Below are positions 56,800 through 64,000 of a DNA stretch of 64,000 bases, one piece after another; position 1 is the first letter of the stretch, and each line of letters begins with the position of its first letter. The notes beneath the pieces were generated by a model that was not told the DNA's origin, did no database searches, and saw only the letters and a program-made list of their open reading frames with translations. This DNA is from Patescibacteria group bacterium (GTDB taxonomy: Bacteria; Patescibacteriota; Minisyncoccia; JAHISW01; Tagabacteraceae): NCBI GenBank assembly GCA_042577045.1, contig JBHPEK010000002.1, positions 389-64,388 on the forward strand, read 5' to 3'. The translations under genes were made by a program, and so were the position numbers.

Positions 56800-57066
56800 A
56801 TGATTCGACGCAAAAAGAAAGTCAAGAAAGTAGTCAAGAAAAAGCCAGCCAAGAAAGCACCTGCTAAGAGAAAAGTAGCTAAGAGAAAGGTGGTTAAGAG
56901 AAAAGTAGCCAAGAAAGTACCTGCTAAGAGAAAAGTAGCTAAGAGAAAGGTGGTTAAGAAGAAGGTGGCAAAAAGAAAACCGGCCAAGAAGAAGGTAGTA
57001 AAGAAAAAGCCAGCCAAGAAAGCACCTGCTAAGAGAAAAGTAGTACGCAGAAAAAAGAAGAAATAA
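56800..57066 (+). CDS. Histone H1-like (Hc2-type) Lys/Arg-rich repeat protein
   Basis: Pentapeptide repeats KRKVA/KRKVV/KKKPA; followed by its own terminator. Confidence 0.75.
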   Translation: MIRRKKKVKKVVKKKPAKKAPAKRKVAKRKVVKRKVAKKVPAKRKVAKRKVVKKKVAKRKPAKKKVVKKKPAKKAPAKRKVVRRKKKK

Positions 57067-57081
57067 TTTCTTTCTTGAACT

Positions 57082-57117
57082 AAACACAACCCCTCTCGCG
57101 AGGGGTTGTGTTTTTTG
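57082..57117 (+). terminator. Intrinsic terminator
   Basis: AAACACAACCCCT...AGGGGTTGTGTTT followed by T tract. Confidence 0.85.
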
Positions 57118-57184
57118 TTTACACTTAGCTTGCTCGCCTCGCTGATGCTTTATCGAAGCGGGTGGAGGTGTTATACTAAGCGCC

Positions 57185-59623
57185 ATGGGAATACTAACTA
57201 AAATTTTAGGAAACTCTGACGACCAGTTTATAAAAAAAAATCAACTAATAGAAAAAAAAATTAGTGATTTTGAAGATAAGTTTAAAAAACTTTCAGATCA
57301 AGGCCTAAAAAATAAAACATTGGAATTTAAAGACCGCTTACTGAAAGAATCGCTAGACGACATTTTGCCAGAGGCTTTTGCTGTGGTTAGAGAGGCTGCC
57401 AAAAGAACATTGGGGCAATGGGCTTTTGATACTCAGATTTTGGGGGGTATAATTTTGCATCAAGGAAAGATTGTGGAGATGAAAACAGGAGAAGGAAAAA
57501 CACTAACTTCTACATTTCCAATATACTTGAATGCTTTAACTGATAAGGGTGTTCATGTTATTACGGTCAACGATTATCTAACAAGACGTGATGTTGTTTG
57601 GATGGGCCAGATTTACCATGCACTTGGTTTAAGTGTTGGGTGCCTAAGTCATGAATCAACATATCTTTATGACCCAGAACATTCGTTCGACAGCCGTGTG
57701 GACCAAGAGTTAGACAAAGAACGTGATAAGCTAGGGTCTTTTAAAATAATCTATAAATTTTTAAAACCTTGTAGCAGACAAGAGGCTTATCGTGCGGATA
57801 TAACCTATGGTACGAATAATGAATTTGGTTTTGATTATTTACGCGACAGTATGGCTTATCAAAAGGAACAGCTTGTTCAAAGAGCGGGAGATGATGCTTA
57901 TAATTTTGCGATTGTGGATGAAATCGATTCCGTTTTAATTGACGAAGCTAGAACGCCTTTAATTATTTCTGCTCCAGATGAAGACTCGGCGGATCTTTAT
58001 AAGGTTTTTGCGAATGTTGTTCCAAAGCTGGATCAAAATGATTATTCTGTTGACGAAAAACAAAAGGCGGCCTCAATAAATGATGCTGGTATTGAAAAAA
58101 TAGAGAAACTACTAAACATAGGTGATATTTATACAGAGAAAGGAATTAAATATGTTCATCATCTGAATCAAGCATTACGAGCGCGTGCAATTTTTAAGAA
58201 AGATAGAGATTATGTTGTAAAAAATAATGAAATTGTAATAGTGGATGAATTTACCGGCAGAATGATGCCTGGTCGGCGTTGGTCTGAAGGTTTGCATCAA
58301 GCCATTGAAGCAAAAGAAGGTGTTACTATTCAAAAAGAGTCTCGCACCATGGCCAGTATTACATTTCAAAATTATTTTAGAATGTATAAAAAACTTTCTG
58401 GCATGACAGGTACTGCCCTAACTTCCGCAGAAGAATTTCATAAGGTCTATAACTCAGAGGTGGTGGAGCTCCCGACAAATAGACCTTTAATAAGAAAAGA
58501 TCAGGCAGATTTTGTTTTTCCGACAGAACAAGGAAAATTTGAAGCGGTGGTACGGGAAGTAAAAGAAAGGCATCAGAAGGGTCAGCCAGTATTAGTAGGA
58601 ACGGTTTCTATTGAAAAAAACGAATATTTGTCAGCTTTATTGAAAAAGGAAGGCGTTCCTCATCGCCTCTTGAATGCCAAGCACCACGAAGAAGAGGGGG
58701 AAATTATCGCTCAAGCTGGAAAATCTGGAATGGTGACAGTTGCTACAAATATGGCGGGAAGAGGAGTTGACATTGTCCTCGGGGGTGCGCCCGAGAATAA
58801 GGAGCAAAGTAGCCAGGTTAAAGATCTTGGAGGTTTGTTTGTACTTGGTACTGAAAGGCATGAGGCTAGAAGAATAGATAACCAGCTTAGGGGGCGCTCT
58901 GGGCGACAAGGTGATCCAGGAGGAAGTCGGTTCTTTGTTTCCTTGGAAGATGATTTGATGCGCATATTTGGTTCGGAAAAAATTAAAAATATGATGCATA
59001 CCATGGGAGTTCCTGATGACCAACCAATTGAGAATAAACTTGTCGCGCGAGCAATTGAGTCTGCTCAATCTAAAATAGAAGGGATGAATTTTGATGCTCG
59101 TAAACATTTATTAGACTACGATGATGTTATGAATAAGCAACGAGTAAAAATATATACCGTAAGGCGCGAAGTACTTTTTGAAAACGAAAAAGATTTAGAA
59201 AAAAGAATACAAGATGTTTTTGATAAAGAAGGTTTGGATTTACAAAAACTTGAAGACAAGAAAAAAGATTTTGGAGATGACTTTTTCAGAGTTCAAAAAA
59301 ATATCTTTTTACAGGTTATAGATATGCTTTGGGTGGGGCATTTGGAAGAGATGGGTTATATGCGTTCGTCGGTTAGTTTGCGTGCTTATGGAAATCAAGA
59401 TCCGTTGGTTGAATATAAAAACGAAGGACTCAAGATGTTTAAGTCTCTTCAGGATTCTGTTGGTGCCACTTTTGTTAAATTAATATTAAATGTTCAAAAG
59501 AAATTTCCGTCAACGATTCCAGCACCCTCTTTGATTAAAACTTCCGAGGATAAAAAGGTTGGACGTAATGACCAGTGTCCTTGTGGAAGTGGTAAAAAAT
59601 ACAAAAAGTGCCACGGGCAGTAA
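57185..59623 (+). CDS. secA: Preprotein translocase subunit SecA
   Basis: EMKTGEGKT, VDEIDSVLIDEARTPLIIS, ATNMAGRG, QLRGRSGRQGDPG, SEC-C motif CPCGSGKKYKKCHG. Confidence 0.98.
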   Translation: MGILTKILGNSDDQFIKKNQLIEKKISDFEDKFKKLSDQGLKNKTLEFKDRLLKESLDDILPEAFAVVREAAKRTLGQWAFDTQILGGIILHQGKIVEMKTGEGKTLTSTFPIYLNALTDKGVHVITVNDYLTRRDVVWMGQIYHALGLSVGCLSHESTYLYDPEHSFDSRVDQELDKERDKLGSFKIIYKFLKPCSRQEAYRADITYGTNNEFGFDYLRDSMAYQKEQLVQRAGDDAYNFAIVDEIDSVLIDEARTPLIISAPDEDSADLYKVFANVVPKLDQNDYSVDEKQKAASINDAGIEKIEKLLNIGDIYTEKGIKYVHHLNQALRARAIFKKDRDYVVKNNEIVIVDEFTGRMMPGRRWSEGLHQAIEAKEGVTIQKESRTMASITFQNYFRMYKKLSGMTGTALTSAEEFHKVYNSEVVELPTNRPLIRKDQADFVFPTEQGKFEAVVREVKERHQKGQPVLVGTVSIEKNEYLSALLKKEGVPHRLLNAKHHEEEGEIIAQAGKSGMVTVATNMAGRGVDIVLGGAPENKEQSSQVKDLGGLFVLGTERHEARRIDNQLRGRSGRQGDPGGSRFFVSLEDDLMRIFGSEKIKNMMHTMGVPDDQPIENKLVARAIESAQSKIEGMNFDARKHLLDYDDVMNKQRVKIYTVRREVLFENEKDLEKRIQDVFDKEGLDLQKLEDKKKDFGDDFFRVQKNIFLQVIDMLWVGHLEEMGYMRSSVSLRAYGNQDPLVEYKNEGLKMFKSLQDSVGATFVKLILNVQKKFPSTIPAPSLIKTSEDKKVGRNDQCPCGSGKKYKKCHGQ

Positions 59624-59646
59624 AATATGTTAAAATAGAACCTATA

Positions 59647-60777
59647 ATGATCTCAATAGAAAAAATTATAAAGATACTGGGAGCTGAAGAAGCCACACTT
59701 GTTGATTGTGTCGGCAATGACATTTTAGAGAAGGTTGCCAAAGAAAATGAGGCAAAAATTAAGGAAAAGTTAAATTCTTTGGGGGTTCAAGAAGATATCT
59801 CAGAAATAGAAATTTTTAATGTTTTGCTTGAGAAAGCAGAACAAGACGACAAAAAGTTACTGCAAGAATATCCAGACTTACTTAAGTTGTCACATGAAAT
59901 AGCCAATCTGGGCACAGGATTTTTTATAAAAGAAAATAAGGCTAAAGAGTTTCTTTTAAACATTCCTCCCGAAAACGTGGTTAAATTTTTGGGTTATGCC
60001 GACATTGAAGAAACACTCAAAAATGAAGACTTTTTTGAAGTATTCAGTGCAATGCGCTTTGTGGAGGATGACGAATGGATGAACAAACTTTTCTTCAAAC
60101 AATTTGAAACTTTAACAATAGAAGACTTTGAAGAAAGACCAATTCAAACAATCAAGCTAAGTGATAAGTGGCAAAAAATTGCGCAGCAATTTTTGAAAAA
60201 GAAGTACCACAACATTAGCCATTTGAAAGAGTTGGGCGTTATTTTTATGCTCCCAGCGACGCTAGGAGTGGCAGGAGAGGGGCTTAGAACGTTAAGTTTA
60301 CTACTACACTACCACCACGAAATAGATTTCTATTCTAGGCTTTTTAGAAATTTCTCTCAAACTAGTGACTTTGCAGAAAGAATGATAAGTTCTCTAAGAG
60401 GTGATGTTTTAGACCAAAAACTTGAAGCGGGACAATGGATGATTGTTCAACAATATTTGGCCAAAAAAGATGAGACAGACTGGCGCTTATTTCAACCACA
60501 CATAAATCCAGAGGCTTTGCATTGGAAGAAGGCCGAAGATGGCATAAGCTCTGTTCTTAGTTTTTGGAAAGATTTAGAGTGTGTCGGTAGTGAAGCTTAT
60601 AGTTTTAATTTAGTTGATGTTGTGATGTCTTTGGTTAGAAAAAGAGACGGGACAAAATATTTATACCATCAAAAAGAAGCTCTTTGGAATAAAATATTTT
60701 CTGAACTTATAGGAGAAGAAAAAATGGAAGAATTAATTATTGATAATTTTGAAAAAGGATTCATCAAATTGACCTAG
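59647..60777 (+). CDS. Conserved hypothetical protein
   Basis: Long ORF in the secA-fba context; KYHNISHLKELG, HINPEALHW. Confidence 0.7.
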   Translation: MISIEKIIKILGAEEATLVDCVGNDILEKVAKENEAKIKEKLNSLGVQEDISEIEIFNVLLEKAEQDDKKLLQEYPDLLKLSHEIANLGTGFFIKENKAKEFLLNIPPENVVKFLGYADIEETLKNEDFFEVFSAMRFVEDDEWMNKLFFKQFETLTIEDFEERPIQTIKLSDKWQKIAQQFLKKKYHNISHLKELGVIFMLPATLGVAGEGLRTLSLLLHYHHEIDFYSRLFRNFSQTSDFAERMISSLRGDVLDQKLEAGQWMIVQQYLAKKDETDWRLFQPHINPEALHWKKAEDGISSVLSFWKDLECVGSEAYSFNLVDVVMSLVRKRDGTKYLYHQKEALWNKIFSELIGEEKMEELIIDNFEKGFIKLT

Positions 60778-60806
60778 TTACTAATTAATCTAATTAACCT
60801 AAAACT

Positions 60807-61670
60807 ATGGACAAACTAGACGACATTTTAAAAAGGGCGACAAAAGAGCATTGGTCTACGGGTCATTTTAATATTTCTAATTTAGAACAACTTAAAGCAA
60901 TTATTTCTGCTGCCGAGGAGTTAAGATCCCCTATTATTATTGGTCTTTCGGAAGGAGAGAGAAAATTTTTCGGTATTCGTCAAGCAGTGGAAATGGTAAA
61001 AATTGTCAGAGAAGAAAGCAAATTGCCTGTTTTTTTGAATCCTGACCATTCTAGTTCTGTGGATTTAGCTAAAGAGGCTTTTGATGCTGGTTTTGACTCT
61101 GTTCATATCGATCTTTCAAAACTATCATTAACTGAAAATATAGAAGGCACGAAAGAAGTTGTTGATTATGTAAAATCAAAAAACTCAGATGTTTCTGTGG
61201 AAGGTGAGCTTAGTTACTTGCCAGGTGAATCCAAGATACAGAAAGAAGTCATAGAAATTAAGCCTGAAGACATGACTAAGCCCGAAGAAGCTCAAGAGTT
61301 CGTGTCCAAGACGGGCATAGACAGGTTCGCAGGTGTTTATGGGAATTTGCACGGCATTGCAGCCAACGTGCCTAATTTAGACATAGAAAGGATAAAAGAA
61401 ACAAGAAAACTCTTGTCAGAAAATGTTTCGTTGGTTCTTCATGGGGGTTCGGGTATTGCAGATGAGGAAATGAAACAAGCCATAAACGCTGGCATAGCCA
61501 ACATCCATATAAATACAGATATCCGAATTGCCTTCACTGAAACCTTAAGAAAAGAGCTGGACACTACTGATGAAGTGGCACCTTACAAAATTATGCCCTC
61601 AGCCATAGAAGCAGTTAAAAATAAGGTAAAAGAAAAGTTAGAACTTTTCGGTAGTGTAAATAGGAATTAA
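60807..61670 (+). CDS. fba: Class II fructose-bisphosphate aldolase
   Basis: FN..NLE, PDH, VEGEL, GNLHG, LVLHGGSG, NTD. Confidence 0.9.
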   Translation: MDKLDDILKRATKEHWSTGHFNISNLEQLKAIISAAEELRSPIIIGLSEGERKFFGIRQAVEMVKIVREESKLPVFLNPDHSSSVDLAKEAFDAGFDSVHIDLSKLSLTENIEGTKEVVDYVKSKNSDVSVEGELSYLPGESKIQKEVIEIKPEDMTKPEEAQEFVSKTGIDRFAGVYGNLHGIAANVPNLDIERIKETRKLLSENVSLVLHGGSGIADEEMKQAINAGIANIHINTDIRIAFTETLRKELDTTDEVAPYKIMPSAIEAVKNKVKEKLELFGSVNRN

Positions 61671-61691
61671 AATTAAAAAACCAATTTTTTT

Positions 61692-62672
61692 ATGAATGTA
61701 TATGTAACACGCCAGATTCCCGAAGCAGGAATTATTAAATTAAAAGAAGCAGGTTATGAAGTTGACATTAATCCAGACAACAGAGTTTTGTCCAAGGAAG
61801 AGTTAATTACCAACCTTAAGAAGAAATCTTATGATGCAGTTTTGTGTCTTCTTACGGATAGTATAGACGGGGAGGTTTTTTCTTCTGCTCCTCAAGCTAA
61901 AATTTTTGCTAATTATGCTGTTGGGTATAATAATATAAATTTGGTAGATGCTAAGAGCGCTGGGATACATATTAGCAACACTCCCGGTGTTCTCACAGAA
62001 ACAGTTGCTGAACATGCATTCGCACTTCTAATGGCAATCTCTAAGAGGATCACGGAGGCGGATAGGTTTACTCGGGCAGGGGAGTATGAGGGGTGGGCGC
62101 CCATGTTATTCTTGGGCTCAGATTTGAACAAAAAAACTTTGGGAGTTGTTGGTTTGGGTAGGATAGGTGCGCGAGTTGCTCATCATGCCGCCCGAGGTTT
62201 TGATATGAGGGTAATTTATTACGACATAAAACGTAATGAAGAATTTGAAAAAAAATACAGCGCTGAGTTCAGAGAAAATGTTGACGATGTTTTGAGAGAG
62301 TCAGATTTTGTTTCTGTTCATGTACCTCTTCTAGATTCTACAAAGCATTTGATAAACTTCGAGCGTCTGTCTTTAATGAAAGACTCTGCTTATTTAATTA
62401 ACACTTCCCGAGGCCCAGTTGTAGATGAAAAAGCTTTGGTGGAAGTTTTAAAAACCAAAAAGATAAAAGGAGCAGCGTTAGATGTTTTTGAAGAGGAACC
62501 TTTATTGGCTCCGGGACTTGTTGATCTTGAAAATGTTATTCTTACTCCTCACATCGCGTCTGCTACGGAAAGGACACGTTCCAAAATGTCTGAGATAGCA
62601 GCCGATAATATTATTGCTGTCTTGGGGGGAGGTAACCCAATAAACCCTGTTGTGGAATTGTTACACATATAG
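61692..62672 (+). CDS. D-glycerate dehydrogenase / glyoxylate reductase (D-2-hydroxyacid dehydrogenase)
   Basis: AVGYNN, NTPGVL, GLGRIG, NTSRG, DVFEEEP, PHIAS. Confidence 0.9.
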   Translation: MNVYVTRQIPEAGIIKLKEAGYEVDINPDNRVLSKEELITNLKKKSYDAVLCLLTDSIDGEVFSSAPQAKIFANYAVGYNNINLVDAKSAGIHISNTPGVLTETVAEHAFALLMAISKRITEADRFTRAGEYEGWAPMLFLGSDLNKKTLGVVGLGRIGARVAHHAARGFDMRVIYYDIKRNEEFEKKYSAEFRENVDDVLRESDFVSVHVPLLDSTKHLINFERLSLMKDSAYLINTSRGPVVDEKALVEVLKTKKIKGAALDVFEEEPLLAPGLVDLENVILTPHIASATERTRSKMSEIAADNIIAVLGGGNPINPVVELLHI

Positions 62673-62766
62673 TTTCACGCCTGTTTTAATGTAGTTGCGG
62701 AATCAATTTCAAAATCTTAACTTGAGGCTGTTGAATAAAGTTTTTAATTTTGCTAATCTCTAAATC

Positions 62767-63471
62767 ATGACTGAAAATAATAAAAAACAAGAAAATAGAG
62801 TGTTAAAGGCTGAAAAAAGAGATATTTTTGGTAAAGCTCTTGTTAGTGCTCGAAATGAAGGGAAACTTCCTGTGGTGGTTTATGGCGCCAAAGAAAAAAA
62901 CACACCACTTTTTGTGAGTTTTGGCGAATTTCAAAAGATTTGGGAGCAAGTAGGTGAATCTACAGTAGTAGATTTAGATGTTGATGGAAAAATTGTTCCA
63001 GTACTTATTTATGATGTTGCCTTGGATCCTGTTTCGGGTAGGTCAGTCCATGTTGATTTTTATGCAGTAGACATGACCAAGAAGATTACCACAAATGTAG
63101 TTGTTGAATTTATTGGTGATGCGCCAGCAGTTAAGCTTGGGGGAACATTGGTGAAAGTTTTTCATGAAATTGAAGTAGAGACCATGCCAAAAAATTTGCC
63201 ATCAGAAATTAAAGTAGATATCTCTAGCTTAGTAACTTTTGAAGATAAAATTCTTATTAAAGATATTAAATTAGGTGAAGGCGTAAAACTGTTGGCTGAT
63301 GAAGAAGATACAGTCGCATTTGTTGAAGAAGCCAAGGAGGAAGAGGAAGAAGAAGCACCAGTAAGCATAGAAAACATTGAAAGGATCGGAGAAAAGGAGA
63401 AGTCTGAAAAAGCCGAATCTGAATCCGAATCCGGAGACGGAGACGGAGATAAAAAAGAAGAGGGAAAATAA
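62767..63471 (+). CDS. rplY: 50S ribosomal protein L25/Ctc
   Basis: R.EGKLPVVVYG, HVDFY, P.NLP..I.VDIS; acidic tail. Confidence 0.93.
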   Translation: MTENNKKQENRVLKAEKRDIFGKALVSARNEGKLPVVVYGAKEKNTPLFVSFGEFQKIWEQVGESTVVDLDVDGKIVPVLIYDVALDPVSGRSVHVDFYAVDMTKKITTNVVVEFIGDAPAVKLGGTLVKVFHEIEVETMPKNLPSEIKVDISSLVTFEDKILIKDIKLGEGVKLLADEEDTVAFVEEAKEEEEEEAPVSIENIERIGEKEKSEKAESESESGDGDGDKKEEGK

Positions 63472-63475
63472 TTTA

Positions 63476-64000
63476 ATGACAAAAATTCAAAATTCAAAAA
63501 TTATTCTGTTTCTGCTTCTGACAGGGTTGTTTTGTGGTGCTTATGCTGAAAGCATAGACCCTAATTCGGTTTTAGAAGAGCGAGCCAAGTTGGAAGCAGA
63601 ATTGGCCGATCTTGAAGCACAAATGACTGGATATGAAGACGTAATTAAGGAAAAGCAGAGGGAAGCATCCACTTTTGAAAGAGATATTACCATCTTAGAT
63701 GCTCAAATAAATAAAGCTAAAACTGGCATTCGTGTTCGGGATTTGGCTATTAATAAATTAAGTACTGGAATTGTAGAGCGATCCGGTTTGATTGGGGAAT
63801 TTCAAGAAAAAATTGAGGCTGAAAAAATTTCTCTTTCTGAGCTTTTGCGTCAAGTAAACGAAATGGACTCCACAAGTTTAGTGGAGATACTTTTGGGTTA
63901 CGATAGTTTGTCTGAATTTTTTGAAGATTTTTCTTCTTCTGAATCTGTTCAAAGAGAACTGCAATTTTCTCTGGAAGATATGAGGGGAACACAGAAAAGA
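63476..64000 (+). CDS. Secreted coiled-coil protein (PcsB-like/murein hydrolase-type N-terminus), 3'-truncated; absent from the ORF track
   Basis: Open frame MTKIQNSKIILFLLLTGLFCGAYAESIDP...ERAKLEAELADLEAQ...SLVEILL..SLSEFF runs to the window end. Confidence 0.75.
   Translation, partial: MTKIQNSKIILFLLLTGLFCGAYAESIDPNSVLEERAKLEAELADLEAQMTGYEDVIKEKQREASTFERDITILDAQINKAKTGIRVRDLAINKLSTGIVERSGLIGEFQEKIEAEKISLSELLRQVNEMDSTSLVEILLGYDSLSEFFEDFSSSESVQRELQFSLEDMRGTQKR

Noticed and set aside
56721-57186. ORFs 56721..57089 (-) and 56782..57186 (-)
   Set aside because: Antisense readings of the Lys-rich repeat; terminator and leader orientation support the + strand gene.
160-63992. Many short antisense or nested ORFs in the track (e.g. 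9120..9488, 38669..39103, 58637..59107, 63750..63992)
   Set aside because: They are shadows of well-supported genes, with no motifs or start signals.
1-64000. CRISPR array, tRNA/rRNA genes, transposase, integrase, reverse transcriptase
   Set aside because: No regularly spaced repeat-spacer array, cloverleaf or matching protein motifs were seen by eye.
1-64000. Alternative genetic code (TGA read-through)
   Set aside because: TGA ends complete genes, often in ATGA overlaps (e.g. 4853, 9479, 21806), and long ORFs are intact under code 11.

Overview
Low-GC bacterial DNA using the standard code (TGA is a stop). Gene content and style suggest Patescibacteria/Parcubacteria (CPR); this is inference from DUF5667/DUF333, a four-helix-bundle gene, a histone H1-like gene and mostly SD-less or leaderless genes. 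Bases 1 to about 51,100 are one very large cell-surface glycan locus. It holds a beta-helix/VTC/DUF4956 module, four GT-C membrane glycosyltransferases, four GT2 and two GT4 enzymes, Wzx, an initiating phosphoglycosyl transferase and an O-antigen-ligase/TPR protein. It also holds an unusual tailoring set: five B12-domain and three other radical SAM enzymes, a split transketolase, a fused E1 alpha-beta ThDP enzyme, two cytidylyltransferase-PfkB paralogs, AKR, AsnB, a sulfotransferase-like protein, three methyltransferases, a nitroreductase and a ferredoxin. A 4.7-kb restriction-modification island with a LexA-Dam fusion interrupts it at about 15.1-19.9 kb. The last 13 kb hold surface proteins and housekeeping genes (murB, secA, fba, rplY). 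The strongest non-annotated signals are: GC-rich palindromes lying in-frame inside CDSs, a repeated terminator/boxA-like/SD leader module, two promoter-driven ~100-nt rod RNAs, a four-helix-bundle gene bracketed by heptad inverted repeats, and complementary active-site changes in the two HldE-like paralogs. All calls come from motifs read by eye; no database searches were run.
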